Part shown: positions 9,831 through 19,628 of the stretch, in pieces
How the letters are laid out: each line of letters begins with the position of its first letter
Numbering within the stretch: position 1 is the first letter of the stretch
Notes under the pieces: model-generated
What the model saw: only the letters and a program-made list of their open reading frames with translations
The model's database searches: none
Told to the model about the DNA's origin: nothing
IMG/VR virus record: IMGVR_UViG_3300021963_007714
Coordinates: 1-64,000 of that record
Strand: one strand, 5' to 3'
DNA: 64,000 nt
Source: a virus
Made by a program: the position numbers and the translations under genes

Positions 9831-10743
9831 TAACAATGAAACTCATAAAATTAGGTTTTACATTTATAAATCTAATCTTGCTCACAGATGGAGAAAAATG
9901 GTTATGGCAAACCAAGAGCAGGAAAAAGAATTAAATTATAAATTTACAAATAGGACCTACGATCAAATTAGTAAAGTAAGACAAGACCTTAATCTCGTTG
10001 TTCAAAATATAAATTTAACGTATGATAAAAAATTACCTATTTTTGACGATGTTGAAGTTCTCAACACAGACATTTTAAATTATCTTCATGAAGAATTTGA
10101 AGAATATGGAGATAGAATACCAGAGTTAACTAATCCAGTAACCTGGTGGACTAAAGAACTACATGATTATTTCTTAAAGTTAAACGAGTTGATTCATTTA
10201 CACGAGGATGTTTTGAAAAGTAAAGATGCTGCCTTTGCCAACATGGCATTATTATTTGATTATTATCCTCAAGAAATATTCAGCCCTATATTGGAAAGAG
10301 ACAAGTTATTTTTAAAGGCAGATTTACATTGGGGCAAAGTATATCTAGGATACAACACCTTAGGTAAAGATTGGTTAAAAGTTCATTTAGACAATGATAT
10401 AGAAGTCCTAAAGAGAGGACAGGTTAGACCCCAAAAGAGGTTCGCTGCAGAAACGTGGATCAATTTTGGCCCGGACGGGTCTCCTTATTATCAATATCAA
10501 TCTTTTGAACAATGGTACATGAGTCTTGATAGCGAACTTCAAAAGTTAGTCCCTATAGATAATCTTAATGAACTATGTTTAGGTAGATTTATAATTGGTG
10601 AGGTCATAATAGATAATTACTTTTTAGCATTTGATCCTATCAAAGAAAATTGGCTGATACCAAGCAGTAGTACAAAAAAACGATGGAACCAACAAGTTTT
10701 TTCTAAGTTTCGAAAAATTAAAGAAATCTACATCAATGAATAG
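9799..10743 (+). CDS. Hypothetical protein in the modification operon (start may be 9808)
   Basis: Long ORF overlapping both neighbours; LNYLHEEFE...LNELIHLHE...YLGYNTLGKD. Confidence 0.6.
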   Translation: MALMTINFLDDNNETHKIRFYIYKSNLAHRWRKMVMANQEQEKELNYKFTNRTYDQISKVRQDLNLVVQNINLTYDKKLPIFDDVEVLNTDILNYLHEEFEEYGDRIPELTNPVTWWTKELHDYFLKLNELIHLHEDVLKSKDAAFANMALLFDYYPQEIFSPILERDKLFLKADLHWGKVYLGYNTLGKDWLKVHLDNDIEVLKRGQVRPQKRFAAETWINFGPDGSPYYQYQSFEQWYMSLDSELQKLVPIDNLNELCLGRFIIGEVIIDNYFLAFDPIKENWLIPSSSTKKRWNQQVFSKFRKIKEIYINE

Positions 10744-11821
10744 AAAATTAATACAAATTCGTCAGGCTGAAAATGTTTTACAATTGACCTGGATATTAAA
10801 CAATATCTGTACTAATCATTGCGACTATTGCCCTCCCACTTTACACTCTGGTACCAATCACCATTATGATTGGAAATACGCAAAAAGTTTTGTAGAAAGA
10901 TTATTGAAAAGATATTCTAAAATACATTGTAGTATCAGTGGTGGGGAACCTACTCTAAGCCCGTTTTTTCCTGAATTAGTTAAAATGTTTCATTCTTCAG
11001 GTCATACTGTAGGTATCACAACGAATGGTGCTAGAAGTGTTAGATACATTGAAGAAGTTGCTCCATTTTTAAGTTATATTTGTTTCAGTTATCATCCTCA
11101 ATATGATGATCCTAAGTTAATTGACAAAGTTTTAGCGGCTAGTAATCATACTCATGTCTCTGTTCGAGTGATGATGGACGACAGATATTGGGACAGATCT
11201 AAGGCAATGTTTGAAAGACTGTTACAATACCAAGAGATAAGAGTAGAAAGTGTTAAGATATTAGCAGAAATGGCAGATAGACACATAGGAGATAGCTATA
11301 CAGATGAACAATTGAAATGGTTAGCAGAAAATAATGGACGTCATGCAACTGTTCATCCGTATCTTTTCAAAAATCCTAATTGGAGGAAGTCGCAAACAGG
11401 CACAGTATTTTACTATGACAACGGGGATATCGATATCTCAGGAGACACAAATTATCTAATCAATACGGGACAAAATGATTTTAGAGGATGGAGTTGTAAT
11501 ATCGGATTAGAAAGTCTGTTTGTACATTTTAATGGTTATGTCAAAAAAGGAAATTGTTTTCAAGGTGGGGATTTATTTCATATAGACAATCATGAGAGGT
11601 TCGAACTACCTACTAAGGCAGAAGTCTGCCTCCAGCATATTTGCCATTGTGGTACTGATGTTATGATAAGTAAAGTTCCAGTGTTTGATAAAGATAGTGC
11701 ATGGATTAGAGATAATCTTAATCTAAGAACTCCTAAATCAGAGAAAGAATATCAAGATACCTATAATGAAATATCAAAAAAGAGAAAACCGGTCATCAAA
11801 ATTGTTCCAGAAAATCTATGA
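10736..11821 (+). CDS. Radical SAM protein with C-terminal auxiliary-cluster cysteines
   Basis: CTNHCDYC; SGGEPT; TTNG; C-terminal CNIG...GNC...C.QHICHC. Confidence 0.9.
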   Translation: MNRKLIQIRQAENVLQLTWILNNICTNHCDYCPPTLHSGTNHHYDWKYAKSFVERLLKRYSKIHCSISGGEPTLSPFFPELVKMFHSSGHTVGITTNGARSVRYIEEVAPFLSYICFSYHPQYDDPKLIDKVLAASNHTHVSVRVMMDDRYWDRSKAMFERLLQYQEIRVESVKILAEMADRHIGDSYTDEQLKWLAENNGRHATVHPYLFKNPNWRKSQTGTVFYYDNGDIDISGDTNYLINTGQNDFRGWSCNIGLESLFVHFNGYVKKGNCFQGGDLFHIDNHERFELPTKAEVCLQHICHCGTDVMISKVPVFDKDSAWIRDNLNLRTPKSEKEYQDTYNEISKKRKPVIKIVPENL

Positions 11822-12498
11822 ATACTGAATTACTATCCTTTATTGAAATCAACAAAAAATTTAATTGGCGCCCGGAAAAAATCTTACCTCAGAATCTATG
11901 GTCATCTGATTGGCCGTGGGTGCCCGTGTTTCCTTCAAAGTTTGATTATCAATCTATTATGTTAGAAATGGATGAGATAGATTACCTTTTTGTTCCGCAT
12001 AGGGATAAGGACAAGATTAATAGTTATGGACATGAGGGGTGGTATTCTATTACACTTCATGGAATATCACATGATAAGACTGAAAATTTTGATAGATATG
12101 GATTCAGCAGTCAAGAAGAAGCTGGATATGATTGGACAGAGGTATGTAACCTTATACCTAAAACCATAGAGTTAGTTAAAAACTTTCCTTTTAGGAACTA
12201 TGGTAGAATACGGATAATGAGGTTATCTCCTGGGGGGTATATAATGCCGCATACAGATGGCCCTTCAAGAATGTTTGGACCTTTTAATTTTGCGCTGTCA
12301 AACCCTGAAGGTTGTGAATTTATATTTGAAAATTTCGGATTGGTTCCATTTCGAACAGGTAGAGGATTTATGTTAGATATAGGAAACAGGCACTGTGTGT
12401 TTAATCAATCAAATCAATATAGATATCATGTTATTATTCATGGTGAACCTATGCCACAAATTAATGAACATATCTTAAAGTCTATGGCGTTATTATGA
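11818..12498 (+). CDS. Aspartyl/asparaginyl beta-hydroxylase-like 2OG-Fe(II) oxygenase
   Basis: RIRIMRLSPGGYIMPHTD (HxD)...H.VFN.S...R.HVII. Confidence 0.8.
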   Translation: MNTELLSFIEINKKFNWRPEKILPQNLWSSDWPWVPVFPSKFDYQSIMLEMDEIDYLFVPHRDKDKINSYGHEGWYSITLHGISHDKTENFDRYGFSSQEEAGYDWTEVCNLIPKTIELVKNFPFRNYGRIRIMRLSPGGYIMPHTDGPSRMFGPFNFALSNPEGCEFIFENFGLVPFRTGRGFMLDIGNRHCVFNQSNQYRYHVIIHGEPMPQINEHILKSMALL

Positions 12499-13880
12499 AC
12501 ATTATTACAGAACCATTTGTTAATGATATTGGACTGTCTATCTGTATATTTCCTGCAGATACCCTACATAATCAAGAATTAATTGATAGAATGACCGAAT
12601 ATACGACTTTCTACGCATTAAGATTTGCCCAGTTATCAAATGACAGAAATCCTCCAGTAGAAGTTTTCCACGCTATGAATATAGAGTCTGGTCTACATGA
12701 TCTATCTGATCAATTTGAGCATATTTTGTTTATGGCCGCAGGGGTAAGAATATATGATATGAGTATTATTTTCGATATAAAAAATATTATTCAACAAAAT
12801 CATAATTATTTGGCTGCTGCTCATATTTTAGAATGGCAAGAAAGGTGGTATGAACTACATCATCAATTTATATTGATTAATACTAAAAAATGGATTGCCG
12901 CAGGAAGCCCAGATTTTGGAGGATGGGAGGAACGAGTTGATAGTCTGCCTATTATTGAGCGAAGCATAGAAAATTTTCATGATCATTATACACCATTATG
13001 GATAAGATTTACGGGTGAATATAAAGAACAAAAACATCAAAAGCAGGGATGGAATTTTATCAACCAAGCAGCAAGAAACGGATTTGATATTATAAATTGG
13101 GATAATAATGTTAGATCAAAACGAACATATTATTATCCAGAAGATAATAGCGAACGATTTTTACATAGTCTAAAGACTTTAGAAATTGATCCTAAGGCTA
13201 ATGCTAACCAACGAAATCTTATTAATCAATTGAAAATAGTCAGTAGTCAAATATGGCTTTTAAATTCTGAAAATATGGATTTGGAGTTGAACGGTGAGAA
13301 ATTCGATACGATTGCTTTACCTGCTGCAGGATTTAAGTTTTTACATTGTTTGCTAACGCAATCACTGTCACAAGGAGGTAAGCTATTAATTTACGATTAT
13401 AACCCCTTGAGTATATCCTGGATTGAATTTATATATAATTCTAAAGATAGAAAAATTGATGATTTGATAAAATCATTTGAATATAAGCATTTTTTTAAGT
13501 TTTTTAAGAATAATGTTTTTGGTAAAGAAGGTTTATATACTAAAGAATTTAATGATAGCCTTAAAATTACCAAGGAGTTTTTCGGCGGGGCAGACGAATT
13601 TGAAAAACTTCTTAATATTTTTAGAACTACAGATGTTGAATTTATTACTTTAGACTTGTTATCAGATCCACAATTATTAACAGATAAATTTCTTGGAAAA
13701 ACGGTAGTAAATATTTCTAATATTTTTTGTACTGATTTTAGTAATGCTTACTTAGGTATGAAATTGACCACGGAAAAGTTACGAAATTTTTTAGGCTCTA
13801 TTAAAACAGAAACATTAGTTTTAGGACAAGACTCTTATTGCAGGCCAATTAAAAAGCGTATTAAATATGCTCAAGTATAA
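12495..13880 (+). CDS. Hypothetical protein in the modification operon
   Basis: 461-aa ORF coupled to the upstream gene (ATGA overlap); no family recognised with confidence. Confidence 0.6.
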   Translation: MNIITEPFVNDIGLSICIFPADTLHNQELIDRMTEYTTFYALRFAQLSNDRNPPVEVFHAMNIESGLHDLSDQFEHILFMAAGVRIYDMSIIFDIKNIIQQNHNYLAAAHILEWQERWYELHHQFILINTKKWIAAGSPDFGGWEERVDSLPIIERSIENFHDHYTPLWIRFTGEYKEQKHQKQGWNFINQAARNGFDIINWDNNVRSKRTYYYPEDNSERFLHSLKTLEIDPKANANQRNLINQLKIVSSQIWLLNSENMDLELNGEKFDTIALPAAGFKFLHCLLTQSLSQGGKLLIYDYNPLSISWIEFIYNSKDRKIDDLIKSFEYKHFFKFFKNNVFGKEGLYTKEFNDSLKITKEFFGGADEFEKLLNIFRTTDVEFITLDLLSDPQLLTDKFLGKTVVNISNIFCTDFSNAYLGMKLTTEKLRNFLGSIKTETLVLGQDSYCRPIKKRIKYAQV

Positions 13881-15861
13881 AAATTCGTTTTGTTTTTCCT
13901 TTTTCTATCTTTTTGTCTAAGGAAGAAGTAATGATGTCTTTTTCTGAACAATAGTCTGCCCATGCCTGTTCTTTGATAACATTAATGTAGGTTTGTTTTT
14001 CATCCCAGTGCCCATTACCCTCCCATTCGAAATGAAAACTTTTACTTCCGTCTAGCCACCATTCTCCTTCATGATGAAATTTAGACTTGTGCCTAACTGT
14101 AAAATTACCCTGTGTATCTATTTTAATATAGTGATATCCTTCATAATTATCAGATAGATAATCACCAAATTCGTTGGCATCTCTAACTTTGTCAAAAGTT
14201 ATCTCAAATTCGAAACCACCCTTAACTCTCCATAACATTCTTATAAATCCCCAAATTTCATTTACAATGGTGTCAGCAAATGGACCGAGATTTGGTTTAA
14301 AAATATTATGATCAAACTCCTCATATTGAATTTCATCTAAAAATAAGTCATTGTCAAACTTTAATGAAAAATGATTAATTATATCAGGTCGTTCTTGATT
14401 ATTATCAATTATCCCATATTGTTTACATACTCTTAACCAAATATTAAAATATTTTAATCTAATGAAACGATGTAATTTTGTGTTGGTCCAGTCTAACGAC
14501 CACCACTTATGTAAAAATGTTTTTTCCCAAGGACTCATATTATAACGATCTCTATTAAATTCATAATCAGTTTGCATACTGTCACCTAATGTAACTCCTG
14601 GACTAATACCTCCTATCCTATTCCTATGATTCCATATTAAATTTAGGCTATGAGCCATTGCTTGAATATCCTCAGCAGGTGCCCCTACAATCCAATTAGC
14701 ATGACTAAAAATTCCTACCTTAGATGCGTTTATAAGGTTTTCATTAATGTCCTTAATTTTTACATTTTTCCTCATAAGATCTAAAACTTTTTGACTACCG
14801 CTTTCGATCCCGTAACTTAAATTAGCACATCCGCTGGCTTTCAGGTCTTTATAATAATCTAGGTCCATTCTTCCGTCACATCTTGCATACCCCATCCATT
14901 GAATTTTCAGTCCTCGTTCTACCACACCTTTGGAAAATTCACGTAATTCTTTCAAATTACCATTTGTAAGACTATCTATGAACCAAACAAAGTTAATTCC
15001 ATAGGTCTTACTCTGATACTCTAGTTCGTCTAGAATATTATCAGCTTTTCTATCTCTGTATTTCCAAAACCATGTCTCTCTACAAAAACTACATTTTGCT
15101 ACACATCCTCTACTTAACTCCGCACTTATTCCATAGCTACTTGTATATTTTGAGAAATCATAATCGCTGTAATCTGGTATAGGTAGACTATCTAGATCTA
15201 TTCTTGTCTCTCCAAAAGTTTTTCCTAATTTTCGCTCAGTGACTAGTTTGTTGTTTTCAACATTTTGTAAGTAGTCAATTAATACTTGCTCGCCTTCACC
15301 TGCAACCCAATGGTCTACTGAAGGACATGGTATATAATCAGGCATATGACATTGAGGTCCTCCGCAGATTATTTTTAAATCTGGTCTAACTTTTTTTAAT
15401 TCAGTTGCCAGCCATTCTGTGGGCTCTCTGTTAGTATCATATACACTAAACCCTATTACATCCGGATTTTCTAATAAAATTTTTTCTAAATATTGTCTAA
15501 GTATAGGTTCTAGGGTAGGGTGTATTCGTTTCTGATATTCTCCGTTGAACCACCAATAATGGTTATTAGCATCCCACGCTGCATCAAGTCCTGAAGGCTT
15601 TAGATCATAATAACTTTCTATGTTAAGATCAAACACCTTAGTGTAGTATCCTGCATCTCTAGTCAAAGCAGATAGTCTTGCTAGGTTATAGGGAGGAAAG
15701 TAAACTCCCCAACATCCTAATATACATAATACCAGTTTAGTCTTTCTAGTGACATTATGATACGTTATTGCTGATAGATTTTGTCTTCTAGGCTTATAGT
15801 TTTGCTTAGGCAATACCGTTTCCGCTAACCAAACATGTTTATCTTTAACTTCTGTAGTCAT
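13861..15861 (-). CDS. Cobalamin-binding radical SAM protein (class B methyltransferase-like)
   Basis: PPYNLARL...PDVIGFSVY...ICGGP...GEGE B12-binding domain; SRGCVAKCSFC; GIESGSQKVL. Confidence 0.9.
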   Translation of the reverse strand: MTTEVKDKHVWLAETVLPKQNYKPRRQNLSAITYHNVTRKTKLVLCILGCWGVYFPPYNLARLSALTRDAGYYTKVFDLNIESYYDLKPSGLDAAWDANNHYWWFNGEYQKRIHPTLEPILRQYLEKILLENPDVIGFSVYDTNREPTEWLATELKKVRPDLKIICGGPQCHMPDYIPCPSVDHWVAGEGEQVLIDYLQNVENNKLVTERKLGKTFGETRIDLDSLPIPDYSDYDFSKYTSSYGISAELSRGCVAKCSFCRETWFWKYRDRKADNILDELEYQSKTYGINFVWFIDSLTNGNLKELREFSKGVVERGLKIQWMGYARCDGRMDLDYYKDLKASGCANLSYGIESGSQKVLDLMRKNVKIKDINENLINASKVGIFSHANWIVGAPAEDIQAMAHSLNLIWNHRNRIGGISPGVTLGDSMQTDYEFNRDRYNMSPWEKTFLHKWWSLDWTNTKLHRFIRLKYFNIWLRVCKQYGIIDNNQERPDIINHFSLKFDNDLFLDEIQYEEFDHNIFKPNLGPFADTIVNEIWGFIRMLWRVKGGFEFEITFDKVRDANEFGDYLSDNYEGYHYIKIDTQGNFTVRHKSKFHHEGEWWLDGSKSFHFEWEGNGHWDEKQTYINVIKEQAWADYCSEKDIITSSLDKKIEKGKTKRIFILEHI

Positions 15862-15888
15862 ATAAATATTTTCGCTTTGGAGTATTTA
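15861..15888. promoter_or_regulatory. Overlapping face-to-face late promoters between divergent genes
   Basis: Plus-strand TATAAATA at 15861-15868 and minus-strand TAAATA at 15888-15883. Confidence 0.55.
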
Positions 15889-16758
15889 ATGAAGAAATAC
15901 AATCATATCGCAGTAATGATTAGAGGGCTACCTAGAACATGGAATTACGCTAAACACTCTATCTTTTATACTTATAGCAAAATTGCCTATAATATAGATT
16001 ACTATTTTTCAACTTGGGATTTGGATTATATAGATGAAAATGTTATCAGATATGATTTTAAAGGTAAAAACCTTGTTGCCCTTGTTAAATGCCCTATAAT
16101 AGAAGAGTATAGAGATGTTTTTAGAAGTCCCGGATGGTTCTCCTATAATCTTCTACCAGCTATGCGTTTAAGAGATCAGGAAATTCAATATGAGGCAATT
16201 TTTGATCAAAGGACAGATTGTATCAATTATATATTTGGGGATCATTTCGATATAACCCCAAATACCTACCATACCGAATGGGTATGCCCGGAACAACGAT
16301 CTATACGGCATGTCTGTGATTGTAATTTTGCATGTGATTCTAACACTTATGAAAAATTAGCACTACGATTTTTAAAAACTGAAATGGAGTTAGGGCAAGT
16401 GAATTGGCGAGATCTTGATTTTAATTGGAGTAATGCTATAAGGTCAAACAATCCTATACTACTACCTGGGAAAACTATTATATTGAACACAGAAGCAGTG
16501 ATGTTTAACTTTATAAGGCAGGCTAGGATAGAAATTAAGGTTAACAGATTAATAAATTCCATCTTATGTAGGCCATCTATGATAGAGAAATGCCCAGATC
16601 CTTTACAAATTTGTTTTTTACCAAGACCTTGGGAATGGTATAGATTTTTTAGCAATGGTATTGTTAATGAATGGGATACTATGAATAATGAAGATAAAGT
16701 TAATTTGTGTCTCAAGCATAACATCAATCCTAGCGAATATTTTCTTAGTCAACCTTAA
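15889..16758 (+). CDS. Hypothetical, glycosyltransferase-like protein (start revised from 15835)
   Basis: GGAG RBS before ATG 15889; IAVMIRGLPR...YFSTW...RTD resembles phage GT-like families. Confidence 0.5.
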   Translation: MKKYNHIAVMIRGLPRTWNYAKHSIFYTYSKIAYNIDYYFSTWDLDYIDENVIRYDFKGKNLVALVKCPIIEEYRDVFRSPGWFSYNLLPAMRLRDQEIQYEAIFDQRTDCINYIFGDHFDITPNTYHTEWVCPEQRSIRHVCDCNFACDSNTYEKLALRFLKTEMELGQVNWRDLDFNWSNAIRSNNPILLPGKTIILNTEAVMFNFIRQARIEIKVNRLINSILCRPSMIEKCPDPLQICFLPRPWEWYRFFSNGIVNEWDTMNNEDKVNLCLKHNINPSEYFLSQP

Positions 16759-16765
16759 ATAACTC

Positions 16766-16882
16766 ATGTTTACACATATCTTAGAAGCTATAAAAAAATT
16801 GATTTTCAAAATTAAAATTAGAAATCAATATAGAAAAAGAAAAAAAGAATTACAAAAAAAAGATCCTTACCTTTATAAATGA
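16766..16882 (+). CDS. Small basic protein (38 aa; not in the ORF track)
   Basis: MFTHILEAIKKLIFKIKIRNQYRKRKKELQKKDPYLYK; TAAATA 4 nt upstream; stop overlaps next ATG. Confidence 0.7.
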   Translation: MFTHILEAIKKLIFKIKIRNQYRKRKKELQKKDPYLYK

Positions 16883-17568
16883 ATGATGACCTTATAAAAA
16901 CCTTTTATGATACTATTAGATTTCCTGGACCTTATTCTTTTGAATCTTTCGAAGTATACAGAGAAGAAATTATTAATCCTTATATTAATCTAATAGACAT
17001 ATATACATCTAAAATTTCCAACTTGTTAGATGTAGGCTGCGGAACTGGTTTTATTACTAATTTTTTGGCACAGAGGTATCAGAATTTAGAAATACAAGGT
17101 TTAGATTTTTCTGAAAGTATTGCCTATGCTGCACATTTTGCTAAAGAACATAATTTACAATCTCAATTTATTAGGCAAAATTTTTTAGAGTTTGATTCTG
17201 ATAAAAAATATCAATTAGTCCTATGTCAAGGAGTTTTACATCATATTCCAGAATTCAACAAAGCATTAGACAAATTGAAATATATCACCGAACCTAACGG
17301 ATATTTAATTTTAGGACTGTATCATCCGTTTGGTAAGTTACTTAAAAAATTCTTTAATCTAAAATATAAAAATAATATTTTGGAAAAAGATCAAGAAGAA
17401 AATGTCTATGAAAGAAGTTACTTTAAAAACAGTATTGTTAATGCTGTCGGACCTAATTTTAAACTTATAGATCAGACACCAAATAATATAATTAAAAATT
17501 TTATAATTAATCCGATCAATTTTAGCATTAGCGGCGGACTGGTTACCTATGTTTTTCAAAAGGCATGA
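16879..17568 (+). CDS. Class I SAM-dependent methyltransferase
   Basis: LLDVGCGTG, GLDFS, GVLHH, PNG.LILGLY. Confidence 0.9.
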   Translation: MNDDLIKTFYDTIRFPGPYSFESFEVYREEIINPYINLIDIYTSKISNLLDVGCGTGFITNFLAQRYQNLEIQGLDFSESIAYAAHFAKEHNLQSQFIRQNFLEFDSDKKYQLVLCQGVLHHIPEFNKALDKLKYITEPNGYLILGLYHPFGKLLKKFFNLKYKNNILEKDQEENVYERSYFKNSIVNAVGPNFKLIDQTPNNIIKNFIINPINFSISGGLVTYVFQKA

Positions 17569-18395
17569 GATATATTATGAATAAAAATACGATTTTCATT
17601 TATGGAGACAGTGCTAGTGCTTCTGAATTAGATCACATCGCACCCGGTTGGGCAAAAATGCTGTCAGACAGGTTAGATTTTGAATTATTGAACAGGGCAG
17701 TTTCTGGTGGAAGCACAGAAAATGCCTTCAATAATTTTACAGGTGATTACCTGTCATCCCTATTTAAAGATGGAGATTTGATAGTTTTTCAATTTAGTAC
17801 AGTAGGACGTTTGTTCTTAAATCATCAAACAGAATTTCCTAGAACCGCCTCATTATATTTAAATCCTCCTAAATTTTTAGATAAAAAAGAACATCGTTGG
17901 TATTTTGAAAATAAAGAATATTTGGAATGGTACGTTGTTAACCATAATCTAAGAATCAATGATATCAGTCAAGCTGCATATAAACATGTACTTAAAAATT
18001 TAGCCGAATCAAACCCCGGAGTCACCATTGTAATATTAGAACTTGACAAAAAACAGATTGATTTTCCGTTAGGTAACATACCAACTAATTTTTTTGCCCC
18101 AAATTTCGAACTTCATAAAGTGTTTAGCAACGAAATAAAATCTAGATTACAATATTTTGATTGGGTAAAATATACAGGATGGGATCCTAGAATTAATCAC
18201 ATGTCAATTCCAAATTTGATCAAAGTTGCGAATTTGATTTATGATCTCTATACCCGAAGAATTGATATTGAAGACTATAACGGATATTTCATTGAAGATT
18301 GTTTTGAGCAGATCAAAAATAAAGAAGATTATAAGAGTTATGCCAGGCATGGTCTTTTATATGATTATGAATTTGAAGGCTTCAAATTTGCTTAG
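17565..18395 (+). CDS. SGNH/GDSL-like hydrolase-fold protein
   Basis: IYGDS, NRAVSGGS, distal NH. Confidence 0.55.
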   Translation: MRYIMNKNTIFIYGDSASASELDHIAPGWAKMLSDRLDFELLNRAVSGGSTENAFNNFTGDYLSSLFKDGDLIVFQFSTVGRLFLNHQTEFPRTASLYLNPPKFLDKKEHRWYFENKEYLEWYVVNHNLRINDISQAAYKHVLKNLAESNPGVTIVILELDKKQIDFPLGNIPTNFFAPNFELHKVFSNEIKSRLQYFDWVKYTGWDPRINHMSIPNLIKVANLIYDLYTRRIDIEDYNGYFIEDCFEQIKNKEDYKSYARHGLLYDYEFEGFKFA

Positions 18396-18400
18396 ATTTT

Positions 18401-18955
18401 ATGATTATAAATCTTAACGATGCTTTTAGTAGCGGCCAAATAGGTAGTAAATTATGGTTATGTGAAGAATCTGAAAAATGTTTTGAAACCATAGACACAA
18501 TCTGGATATATGGTGGGTGGTATGGACTAACTGCTTTTCTATTAAAATCTAGAAATAAAATTAACATAGGAAAAATTAGAAGTTTTGATATAGATCCTAG
18601 CTGTGAATCTACAGCAGATTTGATAAACGAAAATTGGGTTTACTCTGATTGGCAATTTAAGGCAACTACCAAAGATTGTTGTGAATTATTTCCTAATTTG
18701 AACGAAACTGATTGTATTATCAACACCAGCACAGAACACTTTCAGAACCTTAGTTGGTTTAACAATTTGCCCAAAGGCATGACAGTAATTTTACAAGGTG
18801 CTGATATGGAACATATTGATCATGTTTTTAGATTCAATGACTTATCACAATTTATCGAAACTTTTAGTCTCACTAAAACTTACTATGTAGGTGAAAAACT
18901 ATTTAATTATCCAGAATGGAGTTTTAAACGTTTCATGCTCATTGGTGTAAAATAA
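18401..18955 (+). CDS. Methyltransferase-like protein
   Basis: IYGGWYG, SFDIDP, IINTSTEH Rossmann-type motifs. Confidence 0.6.
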   Translation: MIINLNDAFSSGQIGSKLWLCEESEKCFETIDTIWIYGGWYGLTAFLLKSRNKINIGKIRSFDIDPSCESTADLINENWVYSDWQFKATTKDCCELFPNLNETDCIINTSTEHFQNLSWFNNLPKGMTVILQGADMEHIDHVFRFNDLSQFIETFSLTKTYYVGEKLFNYPEWSFKRFMLIGVK

Positions 18956-18966
18956 ACCTAAACTGC

Positions 18967-19011
18967 TTGTTTTAAAGCCTTTTTGACATTATAATGTCAA
19001 ATTGATATAAA
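18967..19011 (+). promoter_or_regulatory. Tandem sigma70-like promoters overlapping a perfect 20-bp palindrome
   Basis: TTGTTT-17-TATAAT (18967-18995) and TTGACA-17-TATAAA (18983-19011); palindrome TTTGACATTATAATGTCAAA at 18982-19001. Confidence 0.65.
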
Positions 19012-19043
19012 TTATCTTACCCTTACAAGAAAAGGAGGTCTTT

Positions 19044-19619
19044 ATGACTGAAATTACTATTGATGGAGTAAAGGATAAGACTACAATTAGGTTATCCATT
19101 TGTATTGGCATCCTTTTGATGTTAATTGGGATATTCATGGTCTTTAAATTGACGACTTGGGCAATCAACCTAAGATTATCTTCTGTTGAAATTGTTGAAC
19201 CTAATCAGATCACAGCAGAAGTGAGAGAAAGACAATTAGCCTGCCTTGCTAAAAATATCTACCATGAAGCTGGTGCAGAGCCCTTTGAAGGTAAAGTAGC
19301 TATAGCACAGGTAACGTTGAATAGAGCAAACAGTGATGGAAAATTTCCAGGTGATATCTGTCGTGTTGTCTACCAGAAGAACATGTTCTATGACAAGGTA
19401 TTGTGTCAGTTTAGTTGGGTCTGCGATAGACAGGCAAATTTCAAACCAAAGTATCCTGATGTATATGAACAAAGTATGGAAGTGGCTAAAAAAGTCTTAC
19501 TAGAAGGATTTAGATTACCGAGCCTTACAGAAGCATTATATTTTCATGCTGATTATATTAACCCAGGATGGAAACATCAACGTGTGGCCAAAATTGGTCG
19601 TCATATTTTTTACAAATAA
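19044..19619 (+). CDS. SleB-like cell wall hydrolase (Hydrolase_2) with N-terminal TM anchor
   Basis: CLAKNIYHEAGAEP.EGKVAIAQVTLNR, CQFSW, ALYFHADY, IGRHIFY; AAGGAGG RBS. Confidence 0.9.
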   Translation: MTEITIDGVKDKTTIRLSICIGILLMLIGIFMVFKLTTWAINLRLSSVEIVEPNQITAEVRERQLACLAKNIYHEAGAEPFEGKVAIAQVTLNRANSDGKFPGDICRVVYQKNMFYDKVLCQFSWVCDRQANFKPKYPDVYEQSMEVAKKVLLEGFRLPSLTEALYFHADYINPGWKHQRVAKIGRHIFYK

Positions 19620-19628
19620 GGAATAAAA

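Noticed and set aside
7253-18955. Classical RiPP cluster
   Set aside because: No convincing leader/core precursor, RRE domain, peptidase or exporter was seen; the 38-aa ORF is kept only as a weak candidate.
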